Assembly: GCF_009914755.1 (NCBI RefSeq)
Contig: NC_060936.1
From: the human T2T-CHM13v2.0 reference genome, Homo sapiens
Length of the DNA stretch: 64,000 bases
Reading direction: 5' to 3' (one strand)
In this document: positions 12,863 to 24,985 of the stretch, one piece after another
Position numbering within the stretch: position 1 is the first letter of the stretch
How the letters are laid out: every line of letters starts with the position of its first letter
Notes under the pieces: generated by a model
The model's database searches: none
Told to the model about the DNA's origin: nothing
Seen by the model: the letters and a program-made list of their open reading frames with translations, nothing else
Translations under genes and position numbers: made by a program

Positions 12863-15800
12863 GTTTTTGCATTTTTTTAATGAAAAGAAAATTTCTTTAA
12901 AAATTTTTATTTTTTAATTGCAAGTTGATAAATTATGGTTGTATATATTTATGGCGCACAAAGTGATGATATGATTCATGAATACAATGTGGAATAATTA
13001 AAGTAATTAACATATCCATCACTCCAAATACTTAACATGTTTTGTGATGAGAACATTTGAAATTTATTTTCTTGGGATTTGGAGACATACAATATATTAT
13101 TATTTGCAATATTCACTACCCTGTGCAATATATCTCAAAATTAAAAAAACCCATACTCCCTCTGGGTAATTGAGGCTTTGGACTATTTGACCACCATCTG
13201 CCTCCTCTGCCTCCCATCCCCACCCCACCCAGTCTCTTGTAACCACCATTCTACTCTCTGCTTCTTTGAGTTTGATTGTTTTAGATTCCACATGTAAGTG
13301 AGATGTTATAGTATTTGTCTTTCTGTGCCTGGCTTATTTCACTTAACATAATGTTCTCCAATTCCATCCATGTTGTCATAAATGATAACATTTTTTTCTT
13401 TTTAAAGGCTGACTAGTATTCCATTGTGTATATATACCACGTTTTCTTTACCCATTCATCAGTTCATGGACACTTAGGTTTATTCCATAACTTGGCTATA
13501 GTGAATAGCATTGCAATACATACAGAAGGGCAGATAGCTCTTTGACATACTGATTTCAAACCTTTTGGATAAATATCCAAAAGCGAGATTGCTGGATCAT
13601 ATGGTAATCCTATTTTTAGGTTTTTGAGGAACCTCCATACCGTTTTTTACAATGGCTATCCTAATTAACATTCCTGCCATCAGTGTATGATGGCTTCCTT
13701 TTCTCCACATCCTCGCCAACTTTTGTTACCTTTTGTTTTTTTCGTGATAGCCATTATGACAGATGTGAGGTGATATCTCATCGTGGTTTTAATTTGCATT
13801 TCTCTAACTATTAGTGATGTTGAGCATTTTTCATATGTCTGTTGACCTTTTGTATGTATTCTTTTGAGAAATGTAAATATCTAATCAGATCTCTAGCCCA
13901 TTCCTAAATTAAATTATTTGTTTTCTTTCTATAGAGTTGAGTTCCTACTACTTTTGATATTAACCTCTTATTAGATGTGTGGCTTGCAGATATTTTCTCC
14001 CAATCTGTAGGTTGTCTCTTTATCCCATGAATTATTTCCTTTATTGTGCAGAAGCTTTTAATTTTGATTGTCTATTTTTGCTTTTGTTGCCTGTGCTTTT
14101 GGGGTTAAATCTAAAATCCAGACCAATGCCATGTAGTTTCCCCCCTTGTTTTCTTCCAGCAGTTTTACAGATTCCAGTCTTGTATTTAAGTTTTTAATCC
14201 ATTTTGAGTTGTTTTTGTATGTGATGTGAAATGTGTCCAATTTTGTTTTTCTGTATATGAATATCTAGTTTTCCCAACACCATTTATTGAAGAGACTGTC
14301 TTTTCCCCAATATGTATACTTGTCACCTCTGTTGAAAATCAAATGACCATACATATGTGGGTTCACTACTGGGCTCTTTATTCTGTTCCATTGGTCGATG
14401 AGTCTATTTTTATATTAGTAACATGCTGTTTTAATGATTATCACTTGTGGTATAGTTTGAAATCAGGTAGTGTGGTGCCTGCAGTCTTGTTCTTTTTTGC
14501 TCACAATTTCCTTGGCTAGTCAGGTTTTTTTGTGGTTCCATATGAATTTGAGGATTAGTTTTTCTATTTCTATAAAAATGATGTTGGAGTTTTGATAGGG
14601 ATTGCATTGAATCTGTAGATTGTGTTGGGTAGTATGGAGATGTTAGCAATATTAATTCTTCTGATCCATGAACATGGGATATCTTTTCATTTATTTGTGT
14701 TTTCTTCAATTTCTTTCATCATCATTTTATAGTTTTCAGTGTACAAGTCTTTCGTTCTTTGGTTAAATTTATTTCTAAGGTTTTTTTGTAGCTATTATAA
14801 ATAAGATTGTTCTCTTGGTTTCTTTTTAAGATAGTTCATTTTTAGTGTATAGAAATGTTACTTATTTTGTGTGTTCACTTTGTATCCTGTGACTTAATTT
14901 TGTTTATTAGTTCTAATAATGAAATCTCTAGGATTTTCTATATGTGAGGTCATGTCAGCAAACAATAATAATTTCACTTCTTTATTTCTTTTTTTGGATG
15001 CCTTTTATTTCCTTCTCTTGCCTGATTGCTCTGGCAAGAACTTCTAGTACTATATTGAATAGAAAAGGTGAGGGTGGGCATTTTTGTCTTGTTCTGGATC
15101 TTGGAGGAAAAAGTTTCAAATTTTAACTGTTGAGTATAATGTTAGCTGTGGGCTTCTTATATATAGACTTTATTGTGTTGAGATGCATTCTCTCTGTATC
15201 TGATCTATTGAGTGTTTTGTCAAATGCTTTTTTCTGCAGCTGATGAGATGATCATATGGTTTTTGTACTTTATTCTGTTAATGTGATCTATCATGTTTAT
15301 TGATTTGTGTATGTTGAATCATCCTCATATCCCAGGGATAAACCACATTTGATCATGGTGTATGATCTTTTTAATGTTTTGTAGAATTCAGGTTGCTTGT
15401 ATTTTGTTGAGGACTTTTTCATCTATATTCATTGTGAATAATGGCCTGTAGTTTTATTTTCTTGTGATGTTCTTGTTTGGCCTTGGTTACAGGGCTTTGT
15501 AAAAATAGTTTGAAAGTATTTCCTTCTCTTCAATTTTTTGGAGGAGTTTGTGAAAGATTGATATTTGTTCTTTAAATGTTTGGTAGAATTAAGCTGTAAG
15601 ACCATTAGGTCCTGGACTTTATGGGAGACTTTTTATTACTGTTTAAATAACCTTACTTGTTATTAGCCTGTTCATATTTTCTGTTTCTTCATCATTCAGT
15701 CTTGGTAGGTTATATGTGTCTTATTTATTTATTTCCAGGCTATCCATTTTTTTGGTATATAATTGTCCATAATAGTCTCTTATGACCCTTTGAATTCTGT

Positions 15801-15921
15801 GGTATCAGTTGTAATATTTCCTTTTTCATTTCTGGTTTTATTTACTTGAGTCTTCTTTTTTTCTTAGTCTAGCTAATTTTTTTCTATTTTGTTTATTTTT
15901 TCAAGAAGCTAACTCTTCATT
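12863..15921 (-). mobile_element. L1MA4/5-like LINE-1, 3' UTR plus decayed 3' part of ORF2
   Basis: L1MA-type 3' end (gtatatatttatgg...aagtgatg...taattaacatatccatc); decayed ORF2 peptides in the ORF track (13100-14709). Confidence 0.9.
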
Positions 15922-15934
15922 GGCCTTTTCCCCC

Positions 15935-16154
15935 CCATATGTAATTTTATTTATATAAAATGTCCAGTACAGGGAAATGCAGACAAAGTAGGTTATTTGT
16001 TGCTTAGGTCTGGGGGAGTTGATGGGAGGGAATAGAAGTGTGATACTTAAATAATACAGGCTTCTTTTGAGGTAATAAAAATATTCTAAAATTGACTGTG
16101 GTGTTACTTGCACATACAAGTGAGTATGTAAAAAACACTGTATTGTATACTTTA
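15935..16154 (+). mobile_element. L1MB-like 3' UTR fragment in opposite orientation
   Basis: atttatataaaatgtccag...ttgcttaggtctggggg...aatattctaaaattgactgtggtg...ttgtatacttta. Confidence 0.75.
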
Positions 16155-17962
16155 TTTTTTTAACTTTTATTTTAGGTTCAGGGGTCCATGTAAGGGTTTG
16201 TTACATAGGTAAACTCCTGTCATGGGGGTATGTTGTGCAGATTATTTTATCACCCAGGTGTTAAGCCTAGTATCCAACAGTTACCTTTTCTGCTCCTCTC
16301 CCTCCTCCCACCCTCCACCCTCAAATAGACCCCAGTGTCTGTTGTTTCCTTCTTTGTGTTCATAAGTTCTCATCATTTAGCTCCCACTTATAAGTGAGAA
16401 CATGTGGCATTTGATTTTCTGTTCCTATGTTAGTTTGCTAAGGATAATGGCCTCCAGCTCCATCCACGTTTCTGTAAATGACATGATCTCATTTTTATGG
16501 CTGCATACTATTCCGTGGTGTAAATGTACCACGTTTTCTTTATCCAATCTGTCATTGGTGGCATTTAGGTTGATTCCATGTCTTTGTTATTGTGAACAGT
16601 GCTGCAATGAACATTGGTGTGCATGTGTCTTTATGGTAGAATGATTTCTATTCATCTGGGATGAATGGGATTGTATGGGTCAAATGATAATTCTGCTTTT
16701 AGCTCTTTGAGGAATTGCCATATTGCTTTCCTAGGTGGTTGAACTAATTTACACTCTCACCAACAGTATATAAGATTCCCTTTTCTCCACAACCTTGTGA
16801 TATTGAGCTTTTTTTCACATGCTTATTGGCTGCATGTATATCTTCTTTAGAGAAGTGTCTGTTCATGTCCTTTGCCCACTTTTTAATGGGGTTGTTTGTT
16901 TCTTTTCTTGTAAATTTGTTTAAGCTCCTTATACATGCTGGATATTAGACCTTTGTCAGATGCATAGTTTGCAAAAAGTTTCTCCTATTCTGTAGGTTGT
17001 TTGTTTACTCTGTTGATAGTTTATTTTGCTGTGCAGAAGCTCTTAAGTTTAATTAGATCCCACTTGTCAATTTTTGTTTTTGTTGCAATTACTTTTGGTG
17101 TTTTTGCCGTGAAGGCTTTGTCCATTCCTGCGTCCAGGATAGTATTGCCTGGTTGTCTTTCAAAGTTTTTATACTTTTGGGTTTTACATTCAAATCTTTA
17201 AGGTATCTTGAGTTGGTTTTTACATATAGTATAAGAAAGGGGTCCAGCTTCAATCTTCTGCATATGGCTAGCCAGTTATCCCGGCACCATTTATTGAATA
17301 TAGATTCTTTTCTCTATTGCTTGTTTTTGTCTCCTTTATTGAAGTTCAGGTGGTCATAGATGTGTGGCCTTTTTTTCTGGGCTCTCATTTCTGTTCCATT
17401 GGTCTATGTGCCTGTTTTTGTACCAGTACCACGCTGTTTTGGTTATTCTAGTCCTGTAGTATAGTTTGAAGTTGAGTAACATGATTCCTCCAGCTTTGTT
17501 CCTTTTGCTTAGGACTGCCATAGCTATTTGGGCTCTTTTTGTTGGTTACGTATAAATTTTAAAATAGGTTTTTCTCATTCTTTGAATAATGTGGTTGGTA
17601 GTTTGATAGGAATAGCATTGAATATGTAAATTGTTTTGGGTAGTATGGCCATTTTAATGATATTGATTCTTCCTATTCATGAACATGGGATGTTTTTCCA
17701 TTTGTTGGTGTCTTTTCTGATTTCTTTGAGCAATGTTTTGTAGTTCTCATTGTAGAGACCTTTCACCTCTGTGGTTAGCTGTATTCCTAGGTATTTTGTT
17801 ATTTCTGTGGCAATTGTGAAAGGAATTGCCTTTCTGATTTGGTTCTTGGTTTGGCTGTTGTTGGTGCACAGGAGTGCTAGTGGTTTCTATAAATTGATTT
17901 TGTACTCTGAAACTTTGTGAAGCTGTTTATCAGCTGGAGGAGCTTTTTGGCCAAGACTATGG
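16155..17962 (-). mobile_element. 5'-truncated L1PA13-15-like LINE-1
   Basis: 3' end ttttaggttcagggg...cattta gctcccacttataagtgagaacatg, continuing into ORF2. Confidence 0.9.
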
Positions 17963-18674
17963 AAGGGCCCCAAACTTAGGTGAAGTTACCGATTGGGATG
18001 CACAGGACCAGTTGCCTTCTCTGTGGAAATATATTATTGAGGTTTGCCTCCTTGCCTATTTGAAGTCTTAGGGTGGGCTTTGAGGCTAGCTGAAGACTGT
18101 TTAAACTCCTGTGTCTGGCAGACCTATCTCTGCCCTTTGCCAAAATTCTCTGTGATAGTTGTCTCCCTCCCTGGGTGGAGTCTGGGGGTGGACTCTGAGG
18201 TTGCATGGGGTGCTATGAAACTCCTGAGTATGGCACAACTAGCTCTTGTTCTTTTCTATAATTTGTTGCAGCAGTCATTTTCTTCCCTGGGCAAGATCCT
18301 GAGGTAAGATCTAAGGCTGGTCTTGGAGGCTACTTGTCTAGGGATTCAAGCAAGGTAGCACTTCCCTCTGCTTCTGGGAGCAACCAGATCAGCTTTGTGG
18401 GTGGGCTGTGTTCTTAGCTAGAACTTCTGATTGGGCAGTGTTGATGTCAGGTACATAGAGCTATCACCAAGATCTGCATGGTACTGTGAGCTCTGCCTCC
18501 TTGGTTTGTTTCTACCTGAACCCAGGTGGTCTAGCCATGCTATTTTTTCTTGTGTTTTCTTTGAGGTACAATGGGAGTGGGTTTCCTAGGAAGTATCTTG
18601 GAATGCTAGGGAAGCTGGGTGTCCACCTCTGGTTCTCTTTTTTCTTTGTAGAAACCATGGGCCCTAGGGAATTC

Positions 18675-18715
<41 letters not shown>

Positions 18716-18962
18716 CACTGTGCTGACTTGGGGGTTGAGATGAGAGAGGTGACATAGTCAAAGTGAGACCATTTCTCCTACACTTTCTCTGTAGTTTTTA
18801 TTCCATTTTGTGGATCATGCAGGTGATTCAGGGTTATTTCTATTTTTTTTTAAATTGTTTTCACCAAGGTGTTCTTGTCTTTGGATAGTTACTAGTTGAA
18901 CTTTCTTTGGGGGTAGTGAAGCCTGGCACTTCCTATTCAACCATCTTGCAGATGTCACTCCC
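17963..18962 (-). mobile_element. L1M 5' UTR (probable 5' end of the L1MA element at 12863), with (TG)19 at 18677-18714
   Basis: Ends ccatcttgcagatgtcactcc (reverse complement of an L1M 5' terminus with YY1-type caagatgg); degenerate TSD with 12847-12862. Confidence 0.7.
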
Positions 18963-20301
18963 CCACTATCATTACTTTAAATTTAGGAGATTCACTCCTA
19001 CTTCCCTCTTTGAGGTTAGGATTCAGGTATTTTACTTTCTGTATTTGTATAACCCAGCACAGTAACTGGCACATATTAAGTAGTGAATGAACAAATGAGA
19101 GTTAATTCAAAGAGACAATTTAGAAAGGTGAGCAGAAGGTCATAGAAAAGCAAGATTTTGATAAGCTACTCCCCTCTAGACTCAATTTAAAATCTGACTT
19201 GTTCAAAAACCTTTCCCAGAATAACAGCCTGCCTGCTCTCTAATTCTACAGAAATCATTCCGTTATTTGTCATTCTCCCAGCTGTTAGAGACACTCTTTG
19301 TATCAAATGGTTTTGCCCTTGTAGATATACTACTTTGCACTTTTAACATCACGTTATTAATAATTTTGCCTTCAGAGGCAAGTTCCTAGTACTTCTTAAT
19401 AAAAATTGTGCTTCCTCAAAGTGAAGTTTTCATTGTATTTTATTTTTCTTAATTCTCCTCCTTCATGTTATATACAGCACAGTGTGCTGCTTTTAGGAGA
19501 AACTGCATACACACTTGTTGAAGAGATGAAATTAAAGAGATAATGAGGTATATTGAAATTTATTTCTTTTGTTCTTCTCTCATAGGATTATTTACAAGAA
19601 ATCAAAATGGTAGTAGGCACACTTTTAATTTTAAAAAGTTGATTTATATTCAAAAAGTTAGTATGGTTATTATCTTGAATTTATAAGGAAAGGTGCTCTT
19701 TGAATTTCTGTGAAAAGTAAAGGTCAAACCATAAATAATTAGGTGTATTAATGCTGGCTATTCCTGTCAGACATGAAACAGAGAGGGAATGTATGTATTT
19801 TCTATGAAAGACCTTTTGGTCACAAATCACTCTTTTTAGACATTCTTGACAAATTGATAGCAAGGACTTTTTTTTTAAATAGACTTGCTGAACGTTTTTA
19901 AAAAAAGAATTATATTTGTTGCATTTCTTGAAATAATACCGGTGAATTTCTTAATTCCTAATTGATTTGATCTTTGAAGGTGTGAAGTAGCTCGTGAAAA
20001 AAGGAGGGAGCCATTGTAATATCACCACAGAGAAATGATTTATTTACTTGAATGTAGGCAATTCAATATTATCATATTTCCTTGGCACACTGAAAATACA
20101 CATCTTATGCATTAATAGCAGATTTGGTGCAATTCTGAGACTTTCTTACAAATAACAGTAAAGACGCTTCTGAAGTACCAAACTCACATTGTGGGAGAGG
20201 CTGCCCATTGACAACACAGACTTTGTACTTGACATTTAGTGTCTGCTAGGTAGGTACTGACAGCAGGAAAGATTTCATCTCATTATCCTAATATATATAT
20301 G

Positions 20302-20462
20302 TCTTTTTTTTTTTTTCAGAGACATGATCTCACTGTCAGATAGGCTGGAGTGCAGTGGTATGATCATAGCTCACTGCAGCCTCCAACTCCTGCGCTCAAG
20401 CAATCCTCTTGCTTTAGCCTCTTGAGTAGCTAGGATTACAGGTATGAGCACTATGCTTAGCT
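20302..20462 (-). mobile_element. FRAM / AluJ right monomer
   Basis: Single antisense Alu arm with polyT; TSD tcctaatata at 20286-20295 and 20464-20473. Confidence 0.85.
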
Positions 20463-21807
20463 GTCCTAATATACCTCTTATGTAGTTCTTTTCCTTTGAC
20501 CTTTTTCAACCTTTGGAAGCTCATAAAAATGCTCTTTTCTTATTGTCCAAATAGATTACACAGAAGCATTCCCACTTTAAGAGAATATTTTCATTATGCT
20601 ATACTGTCTGTACTAATTAACTCAACAACTTGTGCTACAAATGTTCCACTGGATCAGTAAGCTCCGGGCTTGGTGAGGGCTATGACATGTCTATAACTCT
20701 GGAACCAATCTAGCTTCTCACTAGTTTCATTCATCGCTGACAGAAATATTACTTATTATAAATATGGACATGCTTAAGAGGATCCTTTAGTTTCAGGTGT
20801 TTTATCTTATTCACAACCTGCTTTTTGCTTTCAGTTAAACACATGTTATTATATATTGGTTGAAGTTCAACATGTTGACCTTGCCTCATTCTTATTTCCA
20901 GAAGTATTGTGTGGGAGATTTCATGTTTTTTTCTTTGCAAAATTTTTCTTGAAACAATTTTCTCCTATTTGAAAAGCCTGATGTGTAGATTTTGCCCTAC
21001 AAAGCACTTAATAATTTAAGGTATATGTAGGTAGTTCAAGAAGTGGAATTGAAATAGCTAGATTTGTGATGTTTTGTTTTGGGGATTTTAAAAAGTGGTT
21101 TTAATTCTATCTGTATCCAGAACCATTTTTTCCCTGACATGTCCTTTCCTTTGTGTGTTTTGGTAAGTTATTTCCTACAAAATACAGAACCACTGTGTTT
21201 CATTTCAGCATTCTATTTTATATTATTTACCTCATCACAATGATTGGAGCATGACATCAAGGCTCTCTGGGTTGATCCAAGGAGCAAGCCCTTTTGATCA
21301 GGTGGGAAACAGTGTGCTGCTGTGAGATAATTGCCTCTCCTCCTATGTAGGTCTCTCCCAGTCTCACCTCTAAATGAAGCTGCCTCATGTCTTCAATGAC
21401 CTACTGAAGACCCAGTCAGCAATAAAATAGCCAAGAGGCAGATTACACCTAGTTGGGGAATGCAGCGATCTTACAGATCACCAAAATCAGGGGGAAACTA
21501 TCTTCCCACTATCCCTCCCCATTCAAAAGAGAAGCAAAATAAAGTAAATGCCAAGGAAATGCATAACAGGCCAAAAAAATAGAAAAGCCAAATAAAGCTG
21601 ACAGAGAAAGAAAAGGTACTTGTTTATTTACCTTAGTCCTCATCATTAAAAGTGTTCACTCGCATTGGGCACCTTAGAGAGTAGGTTCAGAGAGCATGGT
21701 TTTTGTCATTTGAGGTTTTAAACATGTAAACAGACAAATAAGAGATTTGCCAACAATTAAACAATAAACATTGAACAAATAAAAGAATAAATATTCATAT
21801 TTGACGG

Positions 21808-22066
21808 AATGGTTAACATGCTTATGTAATGTCTCTCATGTGCCTGTCACTATTCTCACCATTATAAATTGTAATTCATTTAATCCTCATAACAACTCTA
21901 GAGGTAAGTATAATTATTCTTCTTTCCCTGCATGGGGAAACTGAGACACAAAGCAGTTAAGCAACTTGCTCAGATCACTCACCTTGTAAGGGGCAGAGCC
22001 AAGATTGAACCTAGACACTCTGGGACTCAAGAGGCCAACGCTTAATGACTGTGCTGTGCTCCCTCC
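21808..22066 (-). mobile_element. MIR SINE
   Basis: tcatttaatcctcataacaactctagaggtaag...ggaaactgagacaca. Confidence 0.85.
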
Positions 22067-22377
22067 AGATGTTTCAGAGGCATCGAAATGAGGAGTTCCA
22101 AAGCTGATGTGGGCAATGTCTATGACATTGTCTGTGACTTCTTAATGACACCACTCTGATTGTGCTTTATTCCTATCATGGAAAACTTATTTATTCCTAT
22201 CGGGATATAGCTCATATTGAAATTCGATTTATTATATAAGCTATTTGAGATATTGACAACCTTGCTAAGACAAGAGAGGGGACTGGAGAAGTGAGCAAAA
22301 CTAGATCATGGTGGACCTTGTGTGCCAAGGCAAGAAATGTTGGCTTTATCCTGAAAATAATCAGAAGTCATTAGAAT

Positions 22378-22380
<3 letters not shown>

Positions 22381-22431
<51 letters not shown>

Positions 22432-22434
22432 TGT
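22381..22434 (+). repeat. Compound (CT)17(GT)10 microsatellite
   Basis: Directly visible. Confidence 0.95.
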
Positions 22435-22604
22435 ATTTATAAATTATAAATACATGTGGAGAGGGAGTCTAAGTATATATAGCAGCTAAAGACTACGTAT
22501 TAGGGTTGATAGTAAGAAAAACTAATTTTCAAATAAATATTTGTACATAGAATTATAAATGTATGCCTTACAAACCACTTAATGTTCCACCAAAATGCAT
22601 GTTT

Positions 22605-22988
22605 TGACACAGGTCTCTGCCTTTGAACATTACTCTGTCTCCCTGGAAAAATTTTCCTATTTTTTCCCACCCAGTTAACATATCTCTCAAGATTCAGTTG
22701 TAATAGTTTCTTTGGGAAGAATTCTTTGACTTTACCCTCCCTCTGCCACCTATAGAATAACTCAGGAGCAGCCCATCCTCTGTGTCCCTACAAGACCCTG
22801 TGAAGCCCTTTCATTCTACCTGCCACATTCTTTGGCAATCCCTGGATTTCTTGCTTGCTTTATTCCCCACTGGACTGTGATTGGAAGACAGAGATGGAAT
22901 ATTTTAGCTGTGTTTATCTGGGGGCTCCAAGTGTCTGGCAAAGTGGCAATCCTCAATGCATGTTAGTTGAATAGATGGACAAATGGAA
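22605..22988 (+). mobile_element. L2 LINE 3' fragment
   Basis: ccccactggactgtga...tgtctggcaaagtggcaatcctcaatgcatgttagttgaatagatgg is an L2 3' end. Confidence 0.7.
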
Positions 22989-23736
22989 TACGGAGCTCCT
23001 ATTTATTCTACAAATTGTGATTAGATATGGGAATCAATCCTCTTCAGCATTAGTTCAGGAACTATTGAGGAGGAAGAATTTCTAGAATGGAGTCAATGGA
23101 GGGGGAGAGAAAGAAAGAGAGGAGAGAGAGGAGTGGAGGTGGCGGGGCTGAGACCTGACCTGTCTTATAGAATGAATATCATGTAAAAGAAAACTGAAGA
23201 GTTTGAGGAACAATCAATAACCTCTGTTGACTGAAAATTCTTGTTCAGTTGTTACAGCCCAGGCATTATGGAGGATACCGACTAAAAGGAATAAGTTCCA
23301 GTTCTCCAAAGCTCTCAAACGTAAGACAAACAACAATTTTAGGTTGAAGCACCTGAATTTTGGCAGTTTCATTTACTTCAACCTGTTCAAGGCAGGGTAA
23401 GAGAGTAAACACAAGAAAGTTTGGGAGTTCAAGGGAGAATGAAATCTTATTCAGGTGGAGAAACCAGAAAGGTCTTCATGGGGTAGACAGCCTTTCAAAT
23501 GAGGGTGAAAAGAGGGCAGGATATCAGCTGCAGAGACAGCATCAAGAGGGCAGCTTAAGCCAGTTCTGCAGAAGTAAGAACCCCTAGGGCATGTTCTGGA
23601 AGAAACAATAAACCATTCTGGCTGGATCTTAGTGGCGACAGGGGTTGCTGATGAGGACTTTGAAAGTGAGGCCAATGGTGGGCAATGTGGAGCCCTTGAT
23701 AATTTCTGAGCAGAGGAAAGATTTGACTGGAATTTC

Positions 23737-23888
23737 TTTTGTTTTTCATTTATTAATTTATTTTTTTAAATGGAGATGAAGTCTCACTGTGTTGCCCAGG
23801 CTGATCTTGTACTTCTGGGCTCAAGCGATGCTTCTGCCTCAGCCTCCCAAAGTGCTGGGATTACAGGTGCGAGCCACTCTGCCTGGCC
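23737..23888 (-). mobile_element. FLAM_C / Alu left monomer
   Basis: Single antisense arm; degenerate TSD tgactggaattt / tgattggaactt. Confidence 0.85.
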
Positions 23889-24164
23889 TGATTGGAACTT
23901 GTTATAGGAAGAATCTGATGTCAGTTTGAGAATGGATCAGTACGCTGTACCTCCCTTTGCCTCTGCTTTTCCCTTTCCTCTCAACTGGGCTCATGAATAT
24001 GACACATGTTTATTAAGCCTCTGCTGCATGGATGCTGTGCTAGGATGTAGGATATCAGGAAGAGAGACATATAATCCTTGTGTTCAAGGAGCTTATTCTG
24101 ATGCTCACCAGTCACTTCCCAAATTGGTGCCTTCCTCTGGTTTGCCTTCAATACTGTTAGGCAG

Positions 24165-24663
24165 TATTTATGTGGCATTCTGTGGAGTATATGTATTGGT
24201 ATCTTTATGCATCCAGAAAGAGATTTATTATAAGGTATTGGCTCACATGATTATGGAGATTGAGAAGTCCCACAACCTGCTGTCTGCAAGCTGGAGACTC
24301 CGGAGAGTGGATGGTATAGTTTGAAGGCCTGAGAGCTAGAGAGTCGATGGTGTGAACTCCAGTCTGGATTTGCAGGCCTGAGAACCAGGCACACTGAGAG
24401 CAGGAGAAGATAGATGTCCCAGCTGAAGCAGTCAGGCAGAGAACAAATTCAGCCTTCCTCCATCTTTTTGTTCAATTCAGGCCCTCAATGAATTGGATGA
24501 TACCCGACCACACTGGAGAGGACCGTCTGCTTTAACTTAGTCTACCAATTCAAATGCTCATCTCTTCCAGAAATACTCAGAGACATGCCCCCAAATAATG
24601 TTTAACCAGAGATCTGTGCATCCCATAACCCAGTCAAATTGACATATAAGATTAACCATCGGA
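24165..24663 (-). mobile_element. MLT2 (ERVL) solo LTR
   Basis: gagatttattataagg..ttggctcacatgattatggag...cagtcaaattgacatataagattaaccatc; 5-bp TSD ggcag at 24160-24164 and 24664-24668. Confidence 0.9.
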
Positions 24664-24794
24664 GGCAGCTATTGACATGGTGCCCCTCAGTGATGTACAA
24701 TGCACTGGCAGTGTTCCTAAACCTTGAGAGAGGCAGTTATCTCTGGCTCTGAACCCATTACTGCTGATTTGCTCTTGATGTTGACCTAGAAGTA

Positions 24795-24985
24795 AATGTG
24801 GTATCATCTGAACTAAGAGTTAGATGGTCTGTGTTCTCAGCCTAACTCCACCACTAATTAAAACTCTGACCTCATGTCAATGCCTTAATCTCTCTGAGAC
24901 TCAGTTTTATCATTCTTAAATGGGCATAATGCCACCAGCTCTGTCTACCTGGCAGAGCTATAGTGAGCTCAAATGAGACGTGTGT
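24795..24985 (+). mobile_element. MIR SINE
   Basis: ccttaatctctctgagactcagttttatcattcttaaatgggcataat. Confidence 0.7.

Noticed and set aside
21625-21700. Minus-strand 41-nt exon or C/D snoRNA (ATGATGA box C-like)
   Set aside because: Stops in all frames, weak acceptor, and no properly placed CTGA box D or terminal stem.
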